Of a stretch of 64,000 nt of DNA, positions 13,697-26,740 are shown piece after piece. The translations under genes were made by a program, and so were the position numbers. The notes beneath the pieces are model-generated. The model was not told where the DNA came from. It was given only the letters and a program-made list of their open reading frames with translations, and made no database searches. Source of the stretch: Felis catus (taxonomy: Eukaryota); the NCBI RefSeq assembly GCF_018350175.1, contig NC_058368.1, positions 155,684,001-155,748,000 of the forward strand, read 5' to 3'. Position 1 is the first letter of the stretch. The number at the start of each line of letters is the position of its first letter.

Positions 13697-13950
13697 AGGG
13701 GCAGTATGTATAATGGTTATGAGCATAAACTTTGGGGCCAGAAAGCTTAGGTTTAATTCTGCCTCCATCACTTACTGGTTGTATGATCTTAACACTTAAC
13801 ATCTTGGTGCCTCGGTATCCTCATTTGTAACTGAGAATAATGCTAATACCTACATCATAGCGTTGTTATAAGGATCACATGAATTAATATATACAAAGCA
13901 CTTAAAACAATGTCTGGTACTTGGTAGGTGCTATGTTACATAGCTATTAC
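13697..13950 (+). mobile_element. MIR (near full length)
   Basis: gcagtatgtataatggttatgagcataaactttgg...gtgcctcggtatcctcatttgtaa...aaagcacttaaaacaatgtctggtac...agctattact matches the MIR layout. Confidence 0.88.
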
Positions 13951-14609
13951 TTTCAGGTGTAACTTACAGATATGGATAATGCGAAAGAGCAAACACTGGT
14001 AGCAGAGACTGTTCCAGTGAGACTTAAAAGGTCAATTCTATTTGGTTGGTATTAGAAGACAACTGTCTATTTCCAGAACGGAATGAGCTACAAAGAAGAG
14101 CCAACCAGGGGCTTGGCCAAGGAAATTCAGCTGCTTTCCAGACCTTCATAAACTGTTTTCAATTTTTCAGTTTAAACTGAATTTCCAGAGCACCACATCA
14201 AAACATATTCAAACTTTAAATATAAATGATTTGGGGACTGCCTGTTATTTTAAAATTTCTACACCTTCTTTCCCCTTCATTAGTTAGGGTAATTAAGAAT
14301 TGATTATAATTGAAACTCTGCTTGGAAGGCACAGAAAGGAATAAGCAGTAAATAGGACACAGAATAAAAACCAAATCATCGTGTACTGAGAAATGTAGAT
14401 GTGAATCCTGAAACACATGAAAAACCAGGAGGTTGTGTTTTAGGGATAAGAGTTGCCATAGTTAGTATATTATATCATTTATTCCGCACCACTTGATGAG
14501 AGGAGAAACAAAACCCACTGTAACAAAATGAGAGATCTAAAAACAAAAACAAAACAAAAAAAACCAAAATGAGAGGTCTGCTTTCAAAGGAAGGAAAATA
14601 TATATTTAA

Positions 14610-14750
14610 ATATTTCTCATCTATAAGATGGGGATAACAGTGTCTAGTTCACAAAGATTTATGAGGATTAAATGAGATAAAATATATTTATATAAAGTAT
14701 ATGGTAAGGACAGGGCCTAGTGCACACTGAGTATCATTAAAACATTAGTG
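14610..14750 (+). mobile_element. MIR 3' half
   Basis: tttctcatctataagatggggataacag...tgaggattaaatgagataa. Confidence 0.75.
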
Positions 14751-16569
14751 ATGCTGCTGATGAATATGAAGATACTGTTGCTGCCTTCTGATGTGTAAGA
14801 CATTCATAAATGCCAGTTCTACTTAAAATGTCCATTTTCAAACACACTGCTACGAATTGCTTAGAATTGTTCTTGACCCAACCATGTTTTGAGCACCCCC
14901 CTGGATGGCTGACAGATTATATGGATTCTATTATAACAGCAATGACAGGGCTTCATGAGAGTGAGAGAGGGCTCAAATACAGCAATCAGATATGAAGATA
15001 TCTGTTTTGCTTGAAAATATATTGTAAAATCTTGGAGAAAATGTAAGTATCACCAAATGTTAAGGTTTATAATATGCTAAAGATAGCTAATATGTTATGA
15101 CACATTTAAATATTTGGGCATAATATAAACATAAATACGTCTAATATTTAGATAGATATCCTAAAAATGCAAAATTGAAAATGTAAGGCCCAGCCTGCAA
15201 CAATGATAAAAGCTATTATTACACTACTAATGATACTGAAATTAGGAATTTTTTCTGAGGTATACTGAGCAGTAATATAACAAAGGCAATGCAATGGGGC
15301 TAGTGATCTCATACCATTTTATGACAATTATTCACAGGGCACCACGTTATAGAGAAAGTCAAGGTTTCTTTGTCCTTAGCAGACAGGCTACTAGAGTTTT
15401 TTTTTTTTTTTTTTTTTTTTTAGAAAATCAACATTTATAATTATAAAGCATTCCTTGATGTCTTGTAACTGGAAAGATGTCAAGATAGGGAATATCTACT
15501 ATAGGAGAAAGTTGAGGTGCTTTATCTCTCCGACCAGTGCCTCTCCTTTACAAAGGTAAATGTCAAATTTTTCTTCTAATCCAAAAGTCTGATTAATACA
15601 GTAAAGAAATTTAGAGATATGACGTTAAAAACTAGATGTCAAGGTTTATGAATATTAGGCATAAACTAGGTATATTAAAAATTAGAACAGTTTTTAATCA
15701 TTCAACTCAATTATAAAATTGTCACTGAAATATTAAATAGCAATTTTTATTGTATTCTTATGCTCTTTAATAAACTTCCTTATGAGAAAAATTAAAATAA
15801 GATATGGAAAACTAAGAAGAAATCTGAATACACTAATACATATTTAAATAGGCATTTTTTTTTCCTACAGGATATGATATATAACTTAATCTAATCAGAG
15901 AAAACATAACTAGTTTTGGGGTTAGGGTTAAGTTTGGCTACTTCCCTTGAGTAGAGATTTCAGTATCTTCTTAGTCATTTTTCTTCATTCACTGACCAAT
16001 TTCCATTAATGGTCCTTCTACGTGTCCAAAATTTCAGGAACATAGGCTATACCTCTTACACACTCACACGTACTGATTCTAAATGTCCTGTTTTACATCT
16101 TAAATAATCAACTTTGTTCTCTCATCCACAAGCTTTGCTCTATCTTACTGTCCTACATGAATGTCTACACCTTACTTTCTTTATCTGACCCAACAAAGCA
16201 CCAAATGAGATCTACTTTTAATAACTTATCTCTATATGAATACAGGATCAAACACTATTTATTGAGTATATACTTATTATAGGTCCAGCTAGGCTAGCAG
16301 CATAGTAGGAACCAGAGAAAATAATGAATTAGCTATTTATTCTTTGCCAATTTAAAGCCAAACATACCTATGAATTAAGACACGGGATAAAAGATTGAAG
16401 CTGAGAATAATTAATGAAATGAAAAACTAACCATAGCTCTGGTTTATAGGAGACAAGGATAAAAATGCATTACAGAGTTTTTATTTTCTGATAAAAAGAG
16501 CCTATTAATTTATTAACAGAAACAATTCTTCCCAAATTTAGCTAAGACAAACTTATGTTATGGATCTTT

Positions 16570-16750
16570 ATACTGGGGGAGTTAACATCTTGTCTATAAC
16601 CCCACTTCACAGGCATTGTACGATATATATTACTATTTGTTTAAATGTGCTTCCTATTTAGCCTACCACCTTCTTGAGGCTAGGGATCATGTGCTCTAAC
16701 CTGTTTTCCCAGTACATACAGAGTGGGATGTTCAAATGAAAAAATGAATT
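16570..16750 (+). mobile_element. L2 3'-end fragment
   Basis: cttcttgaggctagggatcatgtg...ccccagtac...aaatgaaaaaatgaat resembles the L2 terminus. Confidence 0.5.
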
Positions 16751-18142
16751 AGTATCTTGAATAGTTTTCTAAACCGTTTTTTGTTTTGAGTACATAATAT
16801 TCAATCCCAAGGTGTAATTTCTATAGAGTCAAACTTATGTGGTCCAGGTGGCTTTACTGTGATCTAAATCTATTCACTGAAACAGTGGTGAAAACCAGTA
16901 ACAAAAAAAGATGAGAGAGAGAAGTGACATCTGTATAGGTGCTAAAAGTCCCCAACTCTAAAAATTAAGATCACATCAACTTAGAACAATATCACTTTGT
17001 TTCGCTGGGCACAAAAAGTTTTACACTCGTAGTGTCATCATTTCAGAGCCATAAGAACAGGAAAAATGATAGCTGTTCCTACTTTGTCTTCTTTATTGAC
17101 ATAGGAACCTGATAATCAGGATACCAAGGATAGGCCCTGGCTACCTACGTGGCCTTAGAAGGTAGCATTCTACTGTATCCTATTCTGAACTAAGCCAAAT
17201 AAATTGGAGTTATGCCTTGATTCATCATTTTATAATCCTTCTCATGTTTTTGCCTACTGCTATATCCTCTTTATTTCTCAGGAAAGGATTCCATTTCTAA
17301 ACCTCTAGCCAATAATGCCTGAAGCTTTAACCCTTGCCTTGTTTATCCTCTTCCCAGTGCTGCATCCTGTTTTGTTTTGTTTTGTTTTGTTTTCCTTTTC
17401 CTTCCCTATAATGCATGACGTGGGGCTATGGTTGGGGAGAAGAGGTACTCTTAGAACCAGTGACTACATTCTATTTACTGATTTACTACCCAATGCCTTG
17501 TCTGTTTTCTGCAACCAGATTATACCTCCTATTTTTAAACCTGGGTTCACCATGCTCTATCGATGCTTACCTAGTGAGGTTCACCTCCAAAGCCAATCTC
17601 TCCAGCTGAATTAGCTCTTCCTGAACCCATCCTAAACTCTAGTAGTGAGACCTTTGCACAGATCTGGCTTCTATCTTTATTCTCTTAAGCTGTATCCTAA
17701 CATGGATCTGGATCTAGTATGCTTTTGAGTCTGAGTCTACCTGGCTCCCGAGTTAATCTGAGTACATTATTTAATCAGGATTGAAATGCAACTTCTAAGA
17801 CAGAAGTTAAATGGTTTCGATTGCAAAGTTTTTGTCCTATAAGAGTGCTTTTCAATTTGTGGTATCAAATCAGAGGCGTCACTGTGGTTGGGAATCTTAT
17901 TTGGGTGAGTGCTCACACTAAGTGATTATCATAATGTTGTAACTATAATAAAAACAGCCTCTTTATTAACTGAAATTTGTTTTTCTATGATCCCCCTTAT
18001 AAAAGGTTTATAATAGTCAATCATGCTCTCATACCTGCAATAAGATGCAAAATCTCTCATTATGATCTTTCATAACACCAATGGAAAAAGGAATATATCA
18101 ATTTCTCTGGGTTTTCCATAACATGTTATTGTACTAATTTTT

Positions 18143-18382
18143 AAAACATATTTATTTATTTATTTTGAGAGAGAGAGAGAGAGTGAGTGAGCGAGAGCTC
18201 ACCAGTGGGGGGAGGCAGAGAGAGAGGAAGAGAGAGAATCCCAAGCAGGCTCCATGTTGCCAGAGCAGAGCTCGATGTGAGGCTCGATCCCATGAAATGT
18301 TGAGATTATGACTTGAACCAAAATCAAGAGCTGGATGCTTAACCAAGCCACTTAACGCTTAACTGAGCCATTCAGGCACCTC
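18143..18382 (-). mobile_element. Can-SINE (older subfamily)
   Basis: T-rich tail, (GA)n and reverse head ...ctgagccattcaggcacc. Degenerate TSD tattgtactaatttt / tattgtgctcatttt. Confidence 0.95.
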
Positions 18383-18590
18383 TATTGTGCTCATTTTACC
18401 TGTGGTTTCCTGGCATTCTTTGTTGAATCAACAGATACAGTGCCCATTCTCATAGCTGCACAGTCAAAGGGCAATAAGACCTGGATGCAGCACATTTATG
18501 TGGATAGTGAAAAGCCTCATCAAAAGGTAATTCTATTATAGTAATGTGGATCTTTTATTCTACAAAAGTATTCTTATGAAAGATTAGTGA

Positions 18591-18795
18591 GGGGCCCTTG
18601 GGTGGCTCACACGGTTAAGCGTTCAACCTTGGCTCAGGTCATGACCTAACAGTTCGTGAGATCGAGCCCTGCATTGGGCTCTGTGCTGCCAGCTTAGAGT
18701 CTGGAGCCTACTTTGGATTCTGTCTCCCTCTCTCTCTCTGCTCCTTCCCTGCTTGTGCATGTTCTCTCTCTCTCAAAAATAAATAAACATTAACA
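18591..18795 (+). mobile_element. Can-SINE (SINEC_Fc-like)
   Basis: ggggcccttgggtggctca head, CT tract and aaaaataaataaaca tail. TSD aaagattagt at 18579-18588 and 18796-18805. Confidence 0.96.
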
Positions 18796-18899
18796 AAAGA
18801 TTAGTTAAAATTTTCTCCATTTCAGCCTTTTGAACAACCTGATCTTGGTGTAAATGAGGGATATAAACATGAAGAAGCACATAGGTCCTTAATGGAAAT

Positions 18900-19140
18900 A
18901 ATCACAAGTAACATACTTAACGGTGAAACAATGAATGTTTTTTCCTTAAGACCAGGAACAAAAAGATGTCTTTTGTAAGTGTGATCTAAGTGTAAGTACT
19001 TCTTTCTATTCATCATTGTACTGGACAGATCAATTAGGAAATTAAAAAAAAAAAAAAGGAGAAAGAAAAGCAAAGCATCTTGATTAGTAAAGAAGTAAAA
19101 TTACTTTCATTCAATATTATATGATGTTGAATATAGAAAA

Positions 19141-19186
<46 letters not shown>

Positions 19187-20465
19187 GAACAAATAAATGA
19201 GTGTGGCAAAGCTGTAGGATACAAGACCAATCCACAAAAATTGTATTTTTACACCAAGAGTCAACAATCTGAAAGTGAAATTAAGAAATAATTTCAGTTA
19301 TAACAGCATCAAAAAGAACAAAATACTGAAAAATAAATTTAACAAAAGAAGTGTAAGACTTGTATACTGGAAGCAATAAAACATTTTGAAAAAAGATCTA
19401 AATAAATGGAAAGAAAGCCTATGTTCATGGAATGGAAGACATTATTAAGATGGCACTACTCCCCAAATTGATTTGGCAATTTAGTTCCAATAAAAATCCA
19501 GTCCCCTTTCTTGCAGAAATTTATCCTGAAACACATATGGATATGCAAGAGACCTAGAACAGCCAAAACATTCTTCAAAAAGAACAAAGTTGGAGAATCT
19601 ACACTTCTCAACTTCAAAACTCACTACAAAGCTATGGTAATCAAGTCACTGTGGTGCTGGTCTAAGAAGTGACACATATATCAATGAAATGGAACTGAGA
19701 CTCTAGAAGCTAACTCTTATATATTTATAGTCAAAGGTGCTAAGACACATCAAAGGGGCAAGAACAGTCTTTTCAACAAATGGTGCTGAGACAACTGAAT
19801 ATCCACATTTAAAAGAATTATGTTGTACCACATTTCACATGATGTGCAAAAATGAAATCAAGTGACAAAAACAGAAACCAGATAAATTCAACCTCATCAA
19901 ATCCAAAAATTTCTGTACTTCAAAGGACATAATCAAGAAAGTGAAAAGATAACCCAACGAATGGGAGAGAGTATTTGCAAATCATTTATCTGATAAGGGG
20001 CTTGTATCAGAATTTATACAGAACTCTTACAACTCAACAATACAATGACAAAACAAAAAATGGACAAAAAATTTAAATAGACATTACTTTAAAGAAAATA
20101 CACAAATGGCCAATAAGCACATGAAAAGAGGTTTAAAATCATTAGTCATTAGAGAAATGCAAATAAAAACCATAATGAGATACTGGTTCACCCCCACTAG
20201 AGTGGCAAAAATAAAAAAGACAAACAATAACAAGTATTGGTGAGGTTGTAGAGAAACTGGAACTCTCATATATTGCTGGTGGGACTGAAAATGTGGGGAA
20301 TGCTGGTTAATGGGTATTGAGTTTCCTTTGTGATGATAAAAATGTTCTAAAATTAGACAGTACTGATGTTTGTACAATTCTGTGAATATACTTTATTCAA
20401 TTCTGTGAGTATACTTTAAAAGATGAATTTCATGGCATATGAATTATATCTTAAGAAAGCTTAAT
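18900..20465 (+). mobile_element. Old L1 (L1MB-like) ORF2 3' part plus 3' end, with internal deletions; contains (CA)n at 19142-19184
   Basis: L1 ORF2 landmarks (ttccttaagaccaggaaca; tttcaacaaatggtgctg; gcacatgaaaaga; tgctggtggga) and a terminal gaattatatcttaagaaagc. Confidence 0.92.
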
Positions 20466-21363
20466 AAATCTTAATTATATCATCTTAATTTTTTTAAGTT
20501 AATAAAATGGAAATAAGCAAAGGTAAGCCAATTATGAAGCAAAAGGCAATATTACACTCATGATTGGGGATGAAATGCAAAGTTTCCAAGACTTAGTCCA
20601 TACATTGCTACACAACATTACACGGACGTAGTTATAACTTAGTTCCTTCTTTGATTAAGAAGACTATACTTTGAAGAGTGAGTCAAGAGAAGCAATCTTT
20701 TCAATCAGCCTAAGGGATGAGGACACCAGTAGAGAGAAGACTACACGAGACTAACATTGGGAACAAAAGGGTAATACTGTCTGATGTGAAAGAATTGATT
20801 AGGCAGAATTCCCAAATTAGTCAATATTCCAACAGAGAGTTCAAAGAATGATTAAGTTTAATTAGTAAATGAGTTATTGCTAATGCTCACACTGAATATA
20901 TAGGTCAGTTAACTTTGCACGTTGAGGATATTTAAGACTACTCATGTTATTGTAATACATATTGTTTCCAAACATGGGGAGGGGTGGTGGAACAAGAGCA
21001 GTTGTTCTAGAGAACCTGGGCAAGACAAGATTCGGAGATAAAAGATAAAAACAAAACTGATTAGTAAAACAAAACTAAAGTTTTCATTTGTGAAACATAT
21101 AAATACTACAGAAAAATGGGGAGTTAAGTGAGAAGACTTGTGAAAAATCTAGTAAGGAGGGAAATTCTTTCACTTGGGAAGGGGAAATGGCATTAGCAAA
21201 AACGTGAATGAACATATCCTGTGGGCATCTAGACTGGTACTCAACTAACACTGCTTTAATTCCTAAAAACCAGGAATTTTACAGGAGAGCACACAAAAGG
21301 GATTTGACCCAAGTTATCATAATTTGTAGGTGTCAGAACTAGGATTCAAGCTCAGGTCATCTT

Positions 21364-21577
21364 TTTGTTTTAAATTTTTAAAAATGTTTTTATTTATTTT
21401 TGACACAGAGTATGAGCAGGGGAGGGGCAGAGAGAGGGGGAGACACAGAATCCGAAGCAGGCTCCAGGCTCAGAGCTGTCAGCACAGAGCCTGACGCAGG
21501 GCTCGAACTCACGGACTGTGAGATCACGACCTGAGCTCAAGTCGGACACCCAACCAACTGAGCCACCCAGGTGCCCC
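21364..21577 (-). mobile_element. Can-SINE (SINEC_Fc-like) inserted into a minus-strand MIR remnant (about 21275-21620)
   Basis: Reverse SINE ending gagccacccaggtgcccc. TSD aagctcaggtcatctt (21348-21363) / aaactcaggtcatctt (21578-21593). Confidence 0.96.
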
Positions 21578-21669
21578 AAACTCAGGTCATCTTCTGAGTG
21601 TTGTGTTCTCCTACTACCCTGGGCTTGGAGGCCAGAGGTGGAGGTGTAGTGAGATGGAGCAATGGCAAT

Positions 21670-22040
21670 AAGGAAATTAAGACTAGAACTGGAAGTTTGT
21701 ACTAGGAAAAATACAGTTGGAAAGAAAGAATCAGATTATACAGAGGGTCTTAGAGTTATAGAGAGGAGACATGATGCAGTAGATAACTGGACCCAGTGTG
21801 ATTCTGGAAGGGCAGGGTAAAAGGGGTGTTTGAATAATATGATCTATGGCATGGTATATAGCACGAAATAAAGAGTAAAGACAGCCAGTAGGAAATGGGT
21901 AGAAGAGTACAGTGGTATAGTTGTGAAATGATGAAATTAACAGTAGGCACAGAGAAGAAAAGACATGATTAATATTTCAAAGGAAAATAACTGCCAAAAT
22001 GTGTTGGCTGGTTAGATATGGGACAAAAGGAGAGAAGTTA
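21670..22040 (-). mobile_element. Degenerate L2 fragment
   Basis: Purine-rich sequence (cagattatacagagggtctt...agacagccagtaggaa) resembling antisense L2. Confidence 0.45.
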
Positions 22041-22202
22041 ACATAAAAATGAACAAACTGAGTCATTCTTTCAAACAGTGGTCCTCCTAATACTTATTAA
22101 AAATTATTTGAGTAAAAGTTAAAAAAAAATCAAATCCCAGTACACAGGTACTCCTGTGGAGTTTATTAACAAGTCACATCTGTATATATAACTCTCTCCT
22201 TT

Positions 22203-22289
22203 TTGTTTTATTTTTATTTTTTTAATGCTTATTTTTGAGAGAGAGAAAGAAACAGTGTGAATGGGGGAGGAGGGGGGGAGGGGGGGAGG

Positions 22290-22341
<52 letters not shown>

Positions 22342-22467
22342 CTGAAGCAGGCTACAGGCTCTGGGCTGTCAACACAGAGCCAAACATGGGGCTCAAACCC
22401 ACAAACTATGTGATCATGACCTGAGCTGAAGTTGGATGCACAACCGACTGAGCCACCCAGGAGCCCC
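22203..22467 (-). mobile_element. Can-SINE with expanded G/GA tract
   Basis: Reverse SINE ending gagccacccaggagcccc. Short TSD tctccttt on both sides. Confidence 0.96.
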
Positions 22468-22496
22468 TCTCCTTTCCTTTTTTAAAACGCTGACTC

Positions 22497-22713
22497 GGGG
22501 CGCCTGGGTGGCTCGGTCGGTTAAGCATCCAACTTCAGCTCAGGTCATGATCTCACAGTCCGTGAGTTCGAGCCCCGCATCGGGCTCTGTGCTGACCGCT
22601 CAGAGCCTGGAGCCTGTTTCAGATTCTGTGTTCTCCCTCTCTCTCTGCCCTTCCCCTGTTCATGCTCTGTCTCTCTCTGTGTCAAAAATAAATAAATGTT
22701 AAAAAAAAAAAAA
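22497..22713 (+). mobile_element. Young Can-SINE (SINEC_Fc)
   Basis: CpG-retaining head ggggcgcctgggtggctcggtcgg and an A13 tail. Perfect TSD ttaaaacgctgact at 22482-22495 and 22714-22727. Confidence 0.98.
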
Positions 22714-25700
22714 TTAAAACGCTGACTTGATTTGACTTGAAATGACTCAATCTTAACCACAATTATTATTTTTTAAATTAACAACAATTATTAATGGCAC
22801 AGTATGTGCAAACATTTCCCCCCAAATACCTACATATCTGCATAATCATTGTTTATTATTCTTTCTCTGTTGTGCTTGAATTCCTTTTATATACACTTTG
22901 ATATGCTTCTGTAGGTGTGCATGGGCCAAGGATATACTATAACCTTTGTTTTCTCATTCAGTTTTCTGGATCCAGTATCACTAAGCCATGGAGAATCTGT
23001 TTCCTTAACATTTTGAATGTGTTTCTTCTTTACCACTCCCACTACTTCTTTATGGGTAAAGCCTATTTGGATCTCACTCGTATTCTTGCAACTAACTCCT
23101 AAAATTACTGTTACCAACAATCAGTCAAAAGATAGTATCCACACTATATGCAAGACATAAAATAAAACTGAACAGAGAAGACAAAAATAACATAACCTCT
23201 GGTTCTTCTCTTTTACGAGCCTACAGAATAAAGAAACTAAACTGTCTTCCTATAAGATAAGTAAAAAAATTAAGATAGCATTCCACACAACAAGTTGTAA
23301 TCATTCCATACATTAACATGCCGTTTGCATCATGGAGGTAACCAAATCAGAAATTAAAACGGTATTACAAATGGCAACTTATTTTCACTGAATTTTAAAC
23401 CAGGTTTGTAAGAAGTGGCTTTGGCCTGAATTATTTTGATTCTATCATGGCTCGATTTTTCTTTGCTTTACCCCTTACTTTTTCTACCTCGCCTCAATTC
23501 TTGATTCCCAGTAGCCCAACTTTTAGCTATTCCCACTGAGCACATCACTACCAATATCTATATACTAGTACACAGATATACTCCCAACATCTAATTTACT
23601 TTGTTATTTCTAGACAAAATGTAGATGATGCTTCTTTAAGGTCATAGTTAGCTGATGTCACTGAAGGTACAAAATGAATACTTTTAGTCCCATTCCATTT
23701 TCTCTTCAGCATCAATCCAAATCGTGCTGCAGGCAATTTTAAAGATTGACTCAGAGTGGACTGAGCTTGGGTGTCCTCACACAGCTAAGTCCAAAAACTA
23801 GTCCTCTATCAGCTGCTGAAGGTCAGCTTAGGCTGCCTGAAGGCTAGGGAGCCCAGCATGGAACAATGGCAGGGAAATAGCGTTCCCTTCAGTCCTTAAT
23901 TCACATGCAAGTGAGGTGCCAATCAAGTGCTGACAAGCATGGAGAAACCAAAATCAAAAGTGGGTAGAGATACACTTTCAAAAGGAGCAGTTTTCACACA
24001 TTTTAAGTGATATTTTTAGTGGTAGTTGTGAACATATCACTAATAATATGGAGAAAGAAAAAAAGTCATAAGAAAAATAACAATTTTATATCAGCTAAGA
24101 TGATTCAATAAACTAATGAAATATAATGGTTAAAATTATTTAATGTGTTTTATAAAAAAATATCAACACTCTCACTTTGATTAAAGAAAGAAATCTGAAT
24201 GCAAATTGATTTATTGAGCACTGCAAACATGGAAGGTAAGGTGAGCTGAGACTGGAAACTGGGCATTGACAAGGAAAGCTAACCTATTTCCAAATAAAAG
24301 AAAATTTTAAGGTTGCTTGATTTTGTCAAACTCTCAGCTAGAAAGAAACACAAGAGCAAAGCACTTTGAAATGACCAACAATGTAAGCAATGGAATCACT
24401 TCATCAAAGTGGGTAGTGAAAGAGATGATAAAAAGCTTTAAACTGTGTTGTTTTTTCATGACAGTTTCCAACAAATGAGCTTGAATTTTTAACAACTAAT
24501 ATAAGGCAAAAGTAGATACCTTTCTGAATGGATTTGGTAAATGCATTCTAGTTATGACTACTCATTCTATCATGTATAAAACAGAATTTCTAAAAACAGC
24601 AATTTAAAACTTTGTAAATGATGGTTTAATTACTTGAACTCTATATATTGGTGCTATTTTAAATACACAGAAAAGATAACATAGGGCAGATATATTACTT
24701 TAAAAAATTCATCACCAATTCATAAAATAAATAGTTCTTCTCTTTTGTCTTTAATGAGTGAATGCTGGAATTGCTTCTAGAACTGTCTTATCAATATCTA
24801 TTTTTGCAAGAATCACAGAAAGTTTAGAGAGTAAGTTTGAGTTGTTACCATATGGTGGTTATAAATGCAGTGAAAAAGGTATTTTTAATATTACTTTTCT
24901 CATTATTTTAGTAAACTGTATGCTGTTTTTATGACGTTAGATCTGATCAAGTTCCAAAATTTATTACTAGAAAATGAGCATTGCTTTTGAAAATAAATCT
25001 TTTAATTATAATGTATGCTTCAGGAGAAACTCAAAACTTTAAGATGTGACATAATCATAAATGTTCTCAGTTTTCAAAAACAACAATTTGCAAAATATGA
25101 AAGTTCTACAAATATTTTGTGCTCTAAACATAAAAGTCATTTATTTTCAGATATCTATTAGCAGCACATTTAATTTTAAACAATTATACACAATTTTAGC
25201 TTAATTTAAAGGCAAGATACATTTTAAAATATGCGATATGAAAATGGTAGAAAAACTCCATGCATTCCAACATAATGGTACAAACTAGGACTGTTCTAAA
25301 AACAAGGGGTGGGGGGGGGGGGAAGAGAGACACAAAAGTTGAAAGAGAAAGAAGGGATGGTGTAGACAGAGCCTGTTAACAAGAGTAAAATTTTATGACA
25401 ATTCAAAAAAAAGTTAAACTTTACTGAAATCCTAAAGATTTAATGTCCGATGTGTATAAGGTACTACTAAGACAGAATTCTAAAACAAAATTTAACATTT
25501 TCACAATTCACTGTCTTGTAAAGTTAATATTAAAATTCTGAATCCATATAAAATAATTTGATATATTACTAATGTTGAAAAATCTCAAGAGAATAAATAT
25601 TTGTGAACATTTTAAACACCATGATTTCCCTGCTAAGAATACCAGGGAGAATACGAAAGAATATTATTCAGCTTTCAGCAAAAAGCAAAGGTTTAAAAAT

Positions 25701-26641
25701 GTTTCAATATTTTCTGTTTGTTTAACAACGCTGTCTTTTAAAAATCCTTTTGAAGTTAAGTAGAAACATAATGGCCTTAAATATATTAATCAAGCTTTGT
25801 CAAAAATTTATGTAAAACTCATCAGTGGTTTTTGCTGTTGTTATTTGCTTAGAAGAATCTATATTATTAGGTCAGAAACCACTTTTTCTTCAGTTGCCAC
25901 CATGTGTACGCCCCTATTACAACCCCCTTTCAAAGTTACTTCACAAAAAGTAGCAAATGTTATGCAGTTGAGATGATCACCATTAATATTTTAAAACCTA
26001 AACAAGGTACATTACATTAAATAGACTTCTCAGTCCTGGTGTTGCCTGACAGATATGTGATGTGCCAGTGGTTATATTATATTCCTCCTCCCATGCATGC
26101 ACCTCCTGCAGAGATAGCAGACTACAGAAGCTGACCCTCACTGAGACCATCTTGTCTCTCTGACAAAGCTCCTTTTTAACTTCTTACTTACTGGTTACTT
26201 CCTGTGATGGAGAAAAACTTTAGCTCAGCTTGTGATAATTTCACAGGCCCTGAGGACCCTGACCCTAATAGCCTCAAGGTCAGAAGTCAAGTCTTGTTCT
26301 GAAACATCTGTGTGCTTTATATTAAACTGGAACAAAAGTGGAGAAATATCCACCAGTGTGTGACAAGAAGGATAGGCAAAATAGGATGGACACACTGGTC
26401 ATCTGTTACTCTGGCATCTTAAGTTCATTTGGAGAACTGTCTAATATTCACTTAAATTCCAAATTTGATGTATAAACGGGTTTTTTTAAAACTGTCTTAA
26501 AGCAATAAATGGGAATTTATGTTTTACATTAATCTGGAATTTGGTTAGTCTTGCAGGCTTCCAGATATATTTTAAGTTACTCTAAAAGCCAATGAAATTT
26601 CACGTTTTAAGTAATTTAATGGCTTACAAAGAAAACCTAGG

Positions 26642-26699
<58 letters not shown>

Positions 26700-26740
26700 T
26701 ATATGCATACGTGTGTGTGTGTGTCTATATAGATCTCTAT
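26642..26740. repeat. Compound (TG)n(TA)n...(TG)n microsatellite
   Basis: Directly visible, with about 23 TA units in the core. Confidence 0.96.

Noticed and set aside
15396..15421. Long poly(T) as another solo retroposon tail
   Set aside because: No convincing target-site duplication on its flanks.
21348..21593. TSD containing ctcaggtcat, identical to an internal Can-SINE word, suggesting homology-guided insertion
   Set aside because: The word is part of the host MIR remnant and is in the opposite orientation to the inserted SINE. A 10-bp coincidence is sufficient.
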